A DNA stretch of 64,000 bases from Candidatus Omnitrophota bacterium (GCA_023247255.1 JAHFGV010000005.1:6067-70066), one strand, 5' to 3'. Positions 1-9,445 are shown, counted from the first letter of the stretch. The notes: generated from the letters alone by a model not told the origin. Numbers and translations: made by a program.

Positions 1-75
1 ATGAGACAGCACGGCAGATCGACCCAGCCACCGGCGACTTCATAAACACAGGGCACAGCTACCCTGATACAGAAA

Positions 76-1071
76 ATGCCTGATCTTCGTGTGAAGATTG
101 GTTCCCTGACGTTACCGAATCCGGTCTTGGTTGCGGCAGGGACCTTTGGTTACGGCCTTGAGTTTACCTCAGCCATCCGCTTGGATCATCTCGGTGCGTT
201 GATTACAAAAACCTTAACCGCAACGCCGCGATCGGGTCATTTGCCCCCCCGTCTTGCCGTTACTCCTTCAGGGATGCTTAACTCTGTTGGGCTGCAGAAC
301 ATTGGACTTGAGGCATTTCTTGAGACGAAGCTTCCACAACTGCGCCGGTATTCGGTGGCAGTGATCGTAAGCGTGTTGGGGGAATCGGCCAAGGAGCTGG
401 CAGAGATGGTCGGACGAATCGATCGTGCCGATGGCGTTTCCGGAGTCGAACTGAATATGTCGTGTCCCAACCTCGAAGAGGGACAGGGGACGGGGGGCGG
501 GGGGCAGGGGGGGGATTCCAGCATTCCCCTGCCCCCTGTCTCGCGCCCCTTGCCCCGTCTTATTGCGCAGGATGCTGAGGCGACGGCTGCGATGGTGCAG
601 GCGGCCCGGGCAAAAACCAGCAAACTTTTGATCGCGAAATTGAGTCCCGACGTCACCGATCTAAGGCCCATCGCGCGAGCGGCCGAGCGGGCAGGGGCCG
701 ATGCCTTGAGCGTGGGGAATACTTTCATCGGGATGAGCCTGGATCCAGAAACCCGTCGGTCCCGTCTGGGTTCCCTCACCGGCGGTTTAAGCGGACCCGC
801 GATTCGTCCGCTTTCACTTTATAGGGTGTGGTATACTGCCCCGGTTGTTCGCATTCCGGTAATCGGTGCAGGGGGTATCGTACAGGCCAAGGATGCCGTT
901 GAGTATTTCCTGGCCGGAGCCAAAGCCGTTGCAGTGGGTACCGCAAACTTTGTGCGACCGGATGCCGCCAGGCAAATCGTCCACGGTATCGAGCGCTACA
1001 TGATTCGACACAAACTAAGCGCCATACACGAACTTTATGGAGCCATCGATTTCCATTCCCCATGGCCGTAA
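76..1071 (+). CDS. pyrD: dihydroorotate dehydrogenase catalytic subunit (PyrD, class 1B-like) carrying a Gly/Pro-rich insertion
   Basis: 331 aa ORF with PyrD-like motifs (KTLTATPRSGHLPPRLA, MLNSVGLQNIGLEAF, NMSCPN, GAGGI). The low-complexity insert GQGTGGGGQGGDSSIPLPPVSRPL is encoded by a GC-rich palindromic element at 478-558. Confidence 0.85.
   Translation: MPDLRVKIGSLTLPNPVLVAAGTFGYGLEFTSAIRLDHLGALITKTLTATPRSGHLPPRLAVTPSGMLNSVGLQNIGLEAFLETKLPQLRRYSVAVIVSVLGESAKELAEMVGRIDRADGVSGVELNMSCPNLEEGQGTGGGGQGGDSSIPLPPVSRPLPRLIAQDAEATAAMVQAARAKTSKLLIAKLSPDVTDLRPIARAAERAGADALSVGNTFIGMSLDPETRRSRLGSLTGGLSGPAIRPLSLYRVWYTAPVVRIPVIGAGGIVQAKDAVEYFLAGAKAVAVGTANFVRPDAARQIVHGIERYMIRHKLSAIHELYGAIDFHSPWP
478..558. 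repeat. G-tract/C-tract palindromic element inserted in frame within pyrD
   Basis: gagggacaggggacggggggcggggggcaggggggg ... cccctgccccctgtctcgcgccccttgcccc. The G-rich arm is followed by a partly complementary C-rich arm. Similar elements occur at 3288-3550 and 15724-15803. Confidence 0.5.
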
Positions 1072-1832
1072 GGCAGCTCAAATCAGGCGTTCCTGTAGAT
1101 TATCGAGGCACGGTTGACCATCCCCGAGTTGCTTCCGACCGTTTGATCGTGGCGTTGGACTCCGCTGATTTGCCATCCGCGCTTGCCATGGCCAGGCGCC
1201 TTAAGGGTATCGTACGGATGGTTAAAATCGGAAGCGTCCTTTTCACCGCTTGTGGGCCTGTGGCGATTCGTAAAATAAAACAGTTGGGCTTCGACGTCAT
1301 GTTGGATTTGAAATTTTTCGATATCCCCTCCACCATCGAGATGAGTTGCCGCGCGGCCGCGCGTCATCGAGTGTCTTTGCTTACGGTGCATGCCACCGGC
1401 CAGCGTCCGATGTTAGAGGCGGCTGTGCGCGGAGCAACCGAGGAGGCTTGGCGTCTTGGCTTGCCTGTTCCAGATGTGCTTGCCGTTACCGTTCTGACCA
1501 GTGTGGGAGAAAACAACCGGCGTTCGATAAGCGCCCAGGTGCTGAGATTGGCTGAGCAAGCAAGACAAGCCCATTGCCCAGGGGTAGTGGCATCCGCACA
1601 GGAAGCGGCGAAGCTTCGCAAGCGTTTTGGCCAGCAGCTGAGGATTCTCTGCCCAGGCATCCGAGCATCCAGCGCTGGAGGGGACGATCAGCACCGGGTG
1701 GCAACACCCAGCCAGGCGCTCTTGGCCGGGGCCGATTGGTTGGTGGTGGGTCGACCCATCACTGCGTCTGTCGATCCGCGTCAGGCTACGAAGCGGATCC
1801 TCAAGGAGATGGAGGCGGCAACGGAATGTTGA
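1062..1832 (+). CDS. pyrF: orotidine 5'-phosphate decarboxylase
   Basis: 256 aa with RLIVALD, VKIGSVLF and DVMLDLKFFDIPST motifs typical of PyrF. Overlaps the pyrD stop. Confidence 0.8.
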   Translation: MAVRQLKSGVPVDYRGTVDHPRVASDRLIVALDSADLPSALAMARRLKGIVRMVKIGSVLFTACGPVAIRKIKQLGFDVMLDLKFFDIPSTIEMSCRAAARHRVSLLTVHATGQRPMLEAAVRGATEEAWRLGLPVPDVLAVTVLTSVGENNRRSISAQVLRLAEQARQAHCPGVVASAQEAAKLRKRFGQQLRILCPGIRASSAGGDDQHRVATPSQALLAGADWLVVGRPITASVDPRQATKRILKEMEAATEC

Positions 1833-2422
1833 CACGCGATCAGCTTCTTGCCATCTTTCGCCAGTGCAACGCCCTTCAGCGAGGGCATTTTGAACTCTCT
1901 TCAGGGCTGCATAGTGGGCACTACTTTCAATGCGCGCAGTTTTTGCAACACCCGAAACTAGCTGCTACCGTCTGCCGCGAGCTTGCCCGGCGATTTGTGT
2001 CGCGCAAGCCAACCGTCGTGATCGGTCCGGCGACGGGAGGCATCATCGTGGCGTATGAAGTTGCCCGAGCCCTGAGGGGCAGGGCCCTCTACGCCGAGCG
2101 GGTCGATGCCGAGATGCAATTGCGTCGCGGGTTCACCGTGACGAAGTTGGATCGGGTGCTTTTAGTGGAAGATGTGGTCACAACCGGAGAGTCTGCCCGG
2201 AAGGTGGCGGAGTTGGTAGAGGCTATGGGTGCGAAGGTAGTCGGCATCGGTGCCGTTGTGGATCGCTCCGGCGGCAAGGTTCGTTTCCGAGGCTGTCGTT
2301 ACGAAAAGCTGCTGGAACTGGACTTTGAGCACTTCGGACCGCACGACTGCCCCCTGTGTAACGAGCACATCCCTTTGACCCATCCGGGTCGGCCGAAAAA
2401 AGGCATGTTCCAAGAGAAATAA
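1826..2422 (+). CDS. pyrE: orotate phosphoribosyltransferase
   Basis: The internal ATG at 1826 overlaps the pyrF stop (ATGTTGA). Product MLTRDQLLAIFRQCNALQRGHFELSSGLHSGHYF ... LVEDVVTTGES (PRPP-binding) is PyrE-like, about 198 aa. Confidence 0.85.
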   Translation: MLTRDQLLAIFRQCNALQRGHFELSSGLHSGHYFQCAQFLQHPKLAATVCRELARRFVSRKPTVVIGPATGGIIVAYEVARALRGRALYAERVDAEMQLRRGFTVTKLDRVLLVEDVVTTGESARKVAELVEAMGAKVVGIGAVVDRSGGKVRFRGCRYEKLLELDFEHFGPHDCPLCNEHIPLTHPGRPKKGMFQEK

Positions 2423-2700
2423 TAATGAGGATTGTGTCCTATTCCAAGAGAAGTAATGAGGATTGTGTCATGTTTCATGAGTCATGTGTCATGAGAGACT
2501 GTTTCATGTGTTATGTGTCATGAAAAAAGCAGAAAATAAACAGGCATCTCAAGCACGGCCAAAGTACGCCTTTTGCTTTCCATGACTCATGACACATAAA
2601 ACATGAAACATGACACAGACGTGAGTACTGGAGCTTAGAACCGTGACTCATGAAACAGACGTGAGCACTGCCACTAACCGCGATGCATTTTGAAAACCCT
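2404..2700. repeat. complex repeat region: tandem duplication of the pyrE 3' end plus a long inverted repeat rich in CATGAAACA/CATGACACA motifs
   Basis: Direct repeat ttccaagagaa(a/g)taatgaggattgtgtc twice (2406-2468). The segment 2467-2530 is the inverted complement of 2581-2640. A 55-bp segment at 2645-2699 recurs at 40158-40214. Confidence 0.5.
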
Positions 2701-3247
2701 CAGATCTAAGAGGTTCACCATGCCTCACGAGTCGATCATCCGAGCCACGGTCGGCGTACTCTTAAGCGGCCTGATCCTCACGGCCGCCTTTTGGGTCGTG
2801 GCGTTACGGAATCTTTTTCGCGCCACCCTCAGCTTAGGGCTTGTCTTGGTCGGGGTGGCTTGTGTCTTTCTTTTGCTTGAAGCGGAGTTCTTGGCATTTG
2901 TTCAGATTTTGGTCTATGTGGGTGCGATTCTGACTTTGGTTGTGTTCGCCGTCATGTTAACGGCTCGTCTGCACATCAGCCCCGCCACACGGGTGACTCA
3001 CCGCCAAGATTCCTGGCTCGCGGGTGCGGCAGCCCTAGCCCTGTTTGGATTATTGGTCTGGGCCACGCAATCGTTGACATTTCCCCAGCGCTTGGCCGTG
3101 GAGTCGGTCCGGTTAACCGCTGTGGGCCAGCAATTCATTACGACTCTGATTTTACCCTTTGAGGCGATCTCCCTGATTTTTGTGGCGGCCATGGTAGGTG
3201 CCATTGCTTTGGTGACTCGTCAATTCCCGCCGTCGGCTGAGCCCTAA
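2690..3247 (+). CDS. nuoJ: NADH-quinone oxidoreductase subunit J
   Basis: 185 aa polytopic membrane protein, NuoJ-like (LVLVGVACVFLLLEAEFLAFVQILVYVGAILTLVVFAVML). An alternative start is at 2720. Confidence 0.85.
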   Translation: MKTLRSKRFTMPHESIIRATVGVLLSGLILTAAFWVVALRNLFRATLSLGLVLVGVACVFLLLEAEFLAFVQILVYVGAILTLVVFAVMLTARLHISPATRVTHRQDSWLAGAAALALFGLLVWATQSLTFPQRLAVESVRLTAVGQQFITTLILPFEAISLIFVAAMVGAIALVTRQFPPSAEP

Positions 3248-3287
3248 CAGGTTACAGGAAAATGCCCTGTTTGCTCAAAGCTAACAA

Positions 3288-3550
3288 TGGGGGGAACGGG
3301 GTGGGAGACGTGGGGCGTGGGAGAACAGATTACAAGAGATAAAAAGTCCTACAACCGGTTTTAAAAAAGGGTTCTTCTGGTTTTGCAGTGGGTAAAAGGA
3401 GCAACACTTCCCTCTCCCAAAGGGAGAGGGAGAAGGGCATGCCCATATATCCCGGAAGCGCCTAAAAAAGAACGGGCGATGTCTAGCTTTCAAGATTTAT
3501 GGAGTGCTATTCGCACTTCCCTCGCCCCCCGCCCCGTTCCCTTTACCCCG
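3288..3550. repeat. split G-rich/C-rich inverted repeat in the nuoJ-nuoK intergenic gap
   Basis: G arm ggggaacggggtgggagacgtggggcgtgggagaacag (3288-3328). Complementary C arm cttccctcgccccccgccccgttccc (3515-3550). The exact 10-mer gggaacgggg / ccccgttccc is shared. The 356-bp nuoJ-K gap is unusual. Confidence 0.4.
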
Positions 3551-3603
3551 GATGCGGGTTTTTCAGCAGTCTGCTGATAGCAAGGATATTGAAACGTAAA
3601 CTC

Positions 3604-3903
3604 ATGGAGCTGCGGATTCTACTTTGGTTGTCTTGCGGTTTGTTCTCGATTGGGGTCTACGGGATGCTGACTCGGCGACACGCGATCGGTCTTTTGCTTG
3701 CCCTGGAACTCATGCTCAACGCCGCGGCCTTGAACTTCGTGCTCTTTAGTCGATGGTTCGGCCATGTGCAGGCGCAAGCCTTCGCGCTTTTCATCATCGC
3801 CCTGGCTGCCTGTGAGGCGGTGGTTGGGCTTGCGATTATCATCAGCCTGGCCCGCAGCGCCCACACCGTACTCGTCGATGAAGCGAGCCTCTTAAAAGGA
3901 TGA
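3604..3903 (+). CDS. nuoK: NADH-quinone oxidoreductase subunit K
   Basis: Internal start MELRILLWLSCGLFSIGVYGMLTRRHAIGLLLALELMLNAAALNF gives a 100 aa NuoK-like protein. The annotated upstream extension is unlikely to be real. Confidence 0.85.
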   Translation: MELRILLWLSCGLFSIGVYGMLTRRHAIGLLLALELMLNAAALNFVLFSRWFGHVQAQAFALFIIALAACEAVVGLAIIISLARSAHTVLVDEASLLKG

Positions 3904-5816
3904 AGATGCTTTTGTGGATTCCAGGCCTGCCTTTGTTGGCCGCTGCGATATTGCTGCTCGTTGGCAGACGCTTGGGACGCTGGAGTTCTCATGTGGCGAT
4001 TGCCGCCATGAGTGGTTCGGCGGCGTTGGTCTTCTTGATAGGGAGCTGGATTCTCGATGGTCATCGGTTAGGGGTGCGCTGGATATGGTTGTCCGCGCAA
4101 AAGCCACAGTGGTCGCTGGGTCTGGCCGTCGACGGATTGAGCTGGATCATGCTCGTTGTCGTTACCCTGATCGGTACGATGATTATGGTCTACTCAGTGG
4201 GCTACATGCACGCAGACGCACGGTTCAGTCGGTTTTTCGCCTACCTGTGTCTTTTCTGTGCTTCCATGCTGGGGTTGGTGATGGCCGATCATTTTTTACT
4301 GCTCTATGGCTGCTGGGAGCTCGTCGGGCTGTGTTCCTATTTATTGATCAGCTTCTGGTTTGAAAAGCCGGCTGCAGCCGCCGCGGGCCGGAAGGCTTTT
4401 ATCACGACTCGCATTGGGGATACGGGGCTGTTGCTGGGCATCTTTCTCTTAGCCCTGACGGTTGGCGATCTTCGTCTTCAGAATCTGGAAGTTATCCGTG
4501 CGCAGTTGAGCGAACGTTCCTGGCTCTTGACTCTGATCAGTACATTGATTTTTGTGGGAGCCATGGGCAAGTCCGCGCAAATTCCTCTTCATGTCTGGCT
4601 GCCGGATGCGATGGAGGGTCCGACTGCCGTATCCGCCCTCATCCATGCAGCGACGATGGTAGCGGCCGGGGTGTATCTTGTGGCGCGCAGTTTTGTTTTG
4701 TTCACCCCGCAGAGCCTCCAGGGGGTGTTGATCGTCGGACTGCTTACCCATCTTTTGGCCGGGACCGTCGCCCTGACGATGACCGACATCAAAAAGGTCC
4801 TGGCCTACTCGACCATCAGCCAGTTGGGGTTGATGATGACGGCCCTGGGTCTTGGGGCGCAGGCGGCGGCGATGTTTCACCTGTTCACTCATGCGTTCTT
4901 CAAGGCACTTTTGTTTTTGGCGGCCGGCAGCGTCATCCATGCTACCCATCAACAGGATCTTTCCCAGCTCGGTGGACTCTTCCGAAAGATGCGCGCGACG
5001 GCGATTTTGTTTCTCATCGGCGTTCTGTCGATGAGCGGTTTTCCCTTTCTGAGCGGATTCTGGAGCAAGGATGCAATCTTGGCGGCTGCGTTACACGATG
5101 TGCCGGCGCTCTTCTGGACGTTACTGGCTGGGGCGGTTTTGACAGCGAGTTATACATTCCGGTTGTTTCTGCGGTGCTTTCACGGCGAGTCGGCAGACGC
5201 AAGAGGGCACACAGCACACAGCGTGCATGAATCGCCGGCTATCATGCTTATACCCATGGCGGTCTTGGCTCTTGGAGCGGTCTTCGCCGGTCTTTTAGGA
5301 TCGCCGTGGCTGCATCAGCCGATCTTTCATCTGCTCGGTTCAAAACGCCTGCATGAAGGGATCGATGTGCCGATTTTGCTTTTGTCGAGCGGCGCTGTGG
5401 CTGTCGGATTCGCTCTGGCGTGGCTTTCGGGTTTCAAACGCCAGCTGCACCTGCCTGAATCCTTGCGTCCGTTGGGTCAATTTTTCTATCGGCTTTCGGT
5501 GAACAAATACTATGTGGATGAGGCTTATGACCGCTGGATCGTTCAGCCGTTTCAAGCAGCGACCCGCCGATTGTCCCAGTTTGATCAGCGCGTCATTGAT
5601 GGCAGCGTCAATGGGGTCGCCGAGTTGGGCTGGAAGCTCGGTCAGGGGAAAGAGCGTTTTGACGCCAAGGTTATCGATCGGCTCGTCAACGGCATTGCCA
5701 GTTCCACGCGCCGGATGGCGATGGGGCTTCGGCTGATTCAAACCGGTGTGATTCAAAACTACCTGCTGGCTGTTGTGGTCTCAGTGGTTGTGTTCGCCTG
5801 GCTGTTGCGTCCATAA
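3900..5816 (+). CDS. nuoL: NADH-quinone oxidoreductase subunit L
   Basis: 638 aa with NuoL/Mrp antiporter-like motifs (WLPDAMEGPTAVSALIHAATMVAAGVYL). Overlaps the nuoK stop. Confidence 0.9.
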   Translation: MKMLLWIPGLPLLAAAILLLVGRRLGRWSSHVAIAAMSGSAALVFLIGSWILDGHRLGVRWIWLSAQKPQWSLGLAVDGLSWIMLVVVTLIGTMIMVYSVGYMHADARFSRFFAYLCLFCASMLGLVMADHFLLLYGCWELVGLCSYLLISFWFEKPAAAAAGRKAFITTRIGDTGLLLGIFLLALTVGDLRLQNLEVIRAQLSERSWLLTLISTLIFVGAMGKSAQIPLHVWLPDAMEGPTAVSALIHAATMVAAGVYLVARSFVLFTPQSLQGVLIVGLLTHLLAGTVALTMTDIKKVLAYSTISQLGLMMTALGLGAQAAAMFHLFTHAFFKALLFLAAGSVIHATHQQDLSQLGGLFRKMRATAILFLIGVLSMSGFPFLSGFWSKDAILAAALHDVPALFWTLLAGAVLTASYTFRLFLRCFHGESADARGHTAHSVHESPAIMLIPMAVLALGAVFAGLLGSPWLHQPIFHLLGSKRLHEGIDVPILLLSSGAVAVGFALAWLSGFKRQLHLPESLRPLGQFFYRLSVNKYYVDEAYDRWIVQPFQAATRRLSQFDQRVIDGSVNGVAELGWKLGQGKERFDAKVIDRLVNGIASSTRRMAMGLRLIQTGVIQNYLLAVVVSVVVFAWLLRP

Positions 5817-5857
5817 ATTCCGCAGTTTTTAGCAGGATGCTAAAAGACCCACGGGAT

Positions 5858-6300
5858 GCTAGAGTGCCTAACATAATGATCGCATGGTCGCGCTGGGCGT
5901 AATTGCTTCGATGCGCAAGACGCCAGGAGGAAGCCGTACTGATCCATAGAAGTACGGTGACGACGAGCAACGCAGCGCGGCGAAGCAATTCCGCCCAGCC
6001 CTTAGGGTTGCACTGAAAGATGGCCATCTGCTGCGTCGTTCCTCCTCGGCGTAGCGCTCCTTCGGCTACGCCTTCGTCGTCACTCCTTGCATCTGGGCCA
6101 TCTTTCAGTGCAACGCGGCCATGTGCTCATTATGTTAGGCACTCTTAGGCTGCTCAAAAAGGTGCGAGATGCAAGGCGCAGCTCGATTCGGCTGAGTCCT
6201 TTGACTATCGCTCAGGACTCAGCCCTGAGCAACGTCGAAGGGCTGAGGAGGCGCGTACTTTCAAGTACGCTGACGAAGCCGTCAGGCATACAACGCAGCA
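5858..6300. repeat. nested long inverted-repeat (MITE-like) element in the nuoL-nuoM gap
   Basis: 5858-5890 (agagtgcctaacataatgatcgcatggtcgcg) is the reverse complement of 6117-6148. 6005-6030 pairs with 6090-6118. The centre ggcgtagcgctccttcggctacgcc is palindromic. Further hairpins lie at 5893-6000 and 6190-6225. Confidence 0.5.
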
Positions 6301-6340
6301 GATGTGTCTTTTTCAGCAGCCTGCTTAGGGAGATGCGCAC

Positions 6341-7792
6341 ATGCTAAGTGTTTTGTTACTGTGTCCACTCATCGGGATGTTGGTGGTCTTGGCCTTGCCC
6401 AAGACAGCCGTGCGGGCCATTCGGTTTGTCGCTTTGCTCGCAAGCGGGCTGGCCTTGGCTTTTGCGATCCAGTTGTTCCAGTTCTTCCGGCCACAAGAGG
6501 CAATCCAGTTAGTCGAGCGGATAGTCTGGATCCCGCAGATGCGCATTTTCTATCACGTCGGTGTGGATGGGCTTAGCCTGCCTCTTGTGTTTTTAACCGT
6601 TCTGTTAGGGTTCATCGCCTGTCTGGCTTCCGCCTCCATCACCGAGCGTCAGAAAGAGTACTACGCCCTGTACCTGCTGTTGGAGATGGGGATGCTGGGC
6701 ACGTTCATGGCATTGGATTTTTTCTTGTTCTATGTCTTCTGGGAAGTGGTGTTGGTGCCGATGTATTTCTTGATCGGCATCTGGGGCGGCGGTCGTCGGG
6801 AATACTCGGCTTTTAAGTTTTTTGTCTACACCCTCGCCGGCAGCCTGGCGATATTGTTGGCCATCTTGATGCTTTATTTCCGCACGGGGACCTTTGATAT
6901 GGTTGCCCTTGCGCAGATGGGACCGTTGCTAGAGCCGGATCTCCAACGACTGCTTTTTGTGGCGTTCTTCTTGGGATTCGCCATCAAGGTTCCGGTTTTT
7001 CCATTCCACACCTGGCTTCCGGATGCGCACGTCGATGCCCCCACCCCGATCAGCGTCCTGTTGGCCGGGGTGTTGCTGAAAATGGGAGGCTACGGCTTTT
7101 TCCGTATCGCCTATCCTATCTGCCCTGAGGGGGCGCAATGGGCAGCAGGGGCGATGGCCGTTTTGGGGATGATCAACATTGTCTACGGCGCTTTCGTTGC
7201 GATGGCCCAGACCGATTTTAAGAAACTCGTCGCCTACTCTTCCGTTTCCCATATGGGATTTGTCCTGCTTGGGCTGGCGAGCCTTCAGACGGAAGGCGTC
7301 AACGGGGCATTGTTGCAGATGTTCAATCACGGCACGATCACCGGTGGCATGTTCTTGTTAGTCGGCGTGCTCTATGATCGGGCGCACACCCGAGACCTCA
7401 ATGCCTTCGGCGGGCTGGGCGCGCACATGCCTAAGTTTTCAGGATTGCTTATTTTTTTCGGGCTGGCTTCTTTAGGGCTTCCGGGTTTGAGTGGATTTGT
7501 GGGGGAATTTTTGTCTCTGCTGGGGGCCTTCGGGGTCTGGCGATGGCAGACGGTCGTCTCAGTGCTAGGAATCGTCGTCGCGGCGGCCTATATCCTCACG
7601 GCGATTCAGCGAGTCTTGCTGGGGCCGCCAAACGAACGCTGGAAAAATCTGCCGGATGTCAATCCGAGAGAGATGGCCAGCTTGATCCCGCTCGTTGTGC
7701 TTATCTTGGCGTTGGGGGTTTATCCTTTGTTATTGATCGATCTTCAGGATGGAGCGGTTCAGCAGTTTATCGCCCACGTCAAAGGACCGTAG
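6341..7792 (+). CDS. nuoM: NADH-quinone oxidoreductase subunit M
   Basis: 483 aa, NuoM-like (FPFHTWLPDAHVDAPTPISVLLAGVLLKMGGYGF). Confidence 0.9.
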   Translation: MLSVLLLCPLIGMLVVLALPKTAVRAIRFVALLASGLALAFAIQLFQFFRPQEAIQLVERIVWIPQMRIFYHVGVDGLSLPLVFLTVLLGFIACLASASITERQKEYYALYLLLEMGMLGTFMALDFFLFYVFWEVVLVPMYFLIGIWGGGRREYSAFKFFVYTLAGSLAILLAILMLYFRTGTFDMVALAQMGPLLEPDLQRLLFVAFFLGFAIKVPVFPFHTWLPDAHVDAPTPISVLLAGVLLKMGGYGFFRIAYPICPEGAQWAAGAMAVLGMINIVYGAFVAMAQTDFKKLVAYSSVSHMGFVLLGLASLQTEGVNGALLQMFNHGTITGGMFLLVGVLYDRAHTRDLNAFGGLGAHMPKFSGLLIFFGLASLGLPGLSGFVGEFLSLLGAFGVWRWQTVVSVLGIVVAAAYILTAIQRVLLGPPNERWKNLPDVNPREMASLIPLVVLILALGVYPLLLIDLQDGAVQQFIAHVKGP

Positions 7793-7880
7793 TTTGTCTT
7801 TCGTGAAACACCCCTCGATAAGGATAGACATAAACTATAGAGAGCTTCTCCTTCACGAGATACGCTACGAGCTACGAAAA

Positions 7881-9383
7881 ATGAGTGCTCTGTTACTTGA
7901 GAGTCTACGCGCTTGGTGGCCTGAAACTATCCTAAGCTTCGGGGCATTGGGGGTGTTGCTACTGGGAGCCTGGGTCCGTCCGGCTGGTCCCTCGAAGGCC
8001 ACAAGCAACGGCGGCCTCTTTGCCGCCGAGACGTCTACCACGAGTACCCGTCTATTTTGGATCGCAAGTGGGGTGATCCTCGTTGCCTCAGGGGTGGCGC
8101 TTTGGTTTTCTCCGACGAGCCCGGACAGCGAGACCTTCTTTGGTTTGATCATCTGCGATCCGCTCAGCCGGGTTCTTCGGTGGATTGCCTTGGCAACGAC
8201 GGCTTTGGTTATCCTGATGGTCGTAGATTCCCGTGAGGTTGTTTCCCATCGCAGGGGTGAGTACGTGGGGCTTTTGCTGCTGATCGGTCTGGGGCTCATG
8301 CTCATGGCGGAGGCGAATCATCTGCTGATGGCCTATGTGGCGATGGAGCTGGTCAGTTTGAGTTCTTATGTCTTGGTGGGGTTCTTGGACCAGCGGCGAT
8401 CCGCCGAGGCGGCGCTCAAGTATCTGTTCTTCGGAGCCTTGTCCTCAGCGGTGATGCTTTTCGGGATGTCTCTTCTGTTCGGGCTCACAGGGCAGTTGGG
8501 TTTCCCCGACATCCTTCAAGCGCTGATGCGTCCGGTAGCCGGTTCAGGGGCGCTGATGATGGTGGCCGTGACCTTTCTTCTGGCAGGGCTCGCCTTTAAG
8601 ATTTCCATGGTGCCTTTTCACATGTGGACGCCGGATGCCTACGAAGGGGCTCCGGTGCCTGTGGCTGCTTTTTTGTCCGTAGGTCCTAAAGCGGCGGGGC
8701 TTGCCCTGTTGCTTCGAGTAATGACTGCGCTGGGGCCGAGATGGCCGGATCTGGAGCCGCTTATCCTGAGCCTTACGATTGTGACGATGACTTTAGGCAA
8801 TCTGGTAGCCATTGTGCAGACGAATGTGAAGCGGCTGCTTGCCTATTCGACGATCGCTCAGGTGGGCTATCTTTTGATTGGATTCTCTGTCAATTCCAAC
8901 CTGGGATTGCAAGCCATCCTCGTTTACCTGGTGGCTTACATGTTCATGAATCTGGGGGTTTTTGCTTGTGCGGTGGCGGTCGTGAATGATTCGGGAAACG
9001 AATCCCTGGAGGCCTTTCGAGGGCTGGCGCAACGCTCGCCGGTCCTTGCGTTTTTATGCACGCTGTTTCTCCTTTCCTTGGCGGGCATTCCCCCGCTTCT
9101 GGGATTTTTCGGAAAGTTCCTTCTCTTCGGGGCCGCGGTCGAATCGGGACAGATCGTTCTTGCTATCGCGGGCGTCGTAAACAGCGCGGTGGCGCTCTAC
9201 TACTATATCAACCTGGTACGACTGATGTACCTATTGGATCCTCAACAGGCTCGCCCCCTGCATCTTAAGCTTCCCCTGCGGCTGGCTGTGGTTCTCTGCG
9301 GGGTCGGGACACTATGGCTTGGCTTATTCCCCAACGAGTTGGTGGCGTTGCTTCGAGGGTCTTCGTTCATCAGCTTGTTCTAA
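7881..9383 (+). CDS. nuoN: NADH-quinone oxidoreductase subunit N
   Basis: Start at MSALLLESL. NuoN-like (VPFHMWTPDAYEGAPVPVAAFLSVGPKAAG). Confidence 0.85.
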   Translation: MSALLLESLRAWWPETILSFGALGVLLLGAWVRPAGPSKATSNGGLFAAETSTTSTRLFWIASGVILVASGVALWFSPTSPDSETFFGLIICDPLSRVLRWIALATTALVILMVVDSREVVSHRRGEYVGLLLLIGLGLMLMAEANHLLMAYVAMELVSLSSYVLVGFLDQRRSAEAALKYLFFGALSSAVMLFGMSLLFGLTGQLGFPDILQALMRPVAGSGALMMVAVTFLLAGLAFKISMVPFHMWTPDAYEGAPVPVAAFLSVGPKAAGLALLLRVMTALGPRWPDLEPLILSLTIVTMTLGNLVAIVQTNVKRLLAYSTIAQVGYLLIGFSVNSNLGLQAILVYLVAYMFMNLGVFACAVAVVNDSGNESLEAFRGLAQRSPVLAFLCTLFLLSLAGIPPLLGFFGKFLLFGAAVESGQIVLAIAGVVNSAVALYYYINLVRLMYLLDPQQARPLHLKLPLRLAVVLCGVGTLWLGLFPNELVALLRGSSFISLF

Positions 9384-9395
9384 GCCGTGAAAATT

Positions 9396-9425
9396 TTCAC
9401 AAAGCGAAGGCTCTTGTGTTATAAT
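9396..9425 (+). promoter_or_regulatory. sigma70-like promoter with extended -10, upstream of the atp operon
   Basis: TTCACA, then an 18-nt spacer, then TGTTATAAT (TGn plus TATAAT). A ccccacctgtgggg palindrome follows, 20 nt before the atpZ-like start. Confidence 0.4.
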
Positions 9426-9445
9426 CCCCCCACCTGTGGGGGATC

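Noticed and set aside
5686-6347. ORFs 5686-6027 (-) and 6087-6347 (+) in the nuoL-nuoM gap
   Set aside because: They are mirror images created by the long inverted repeat, so they are structure-derived, not genes.
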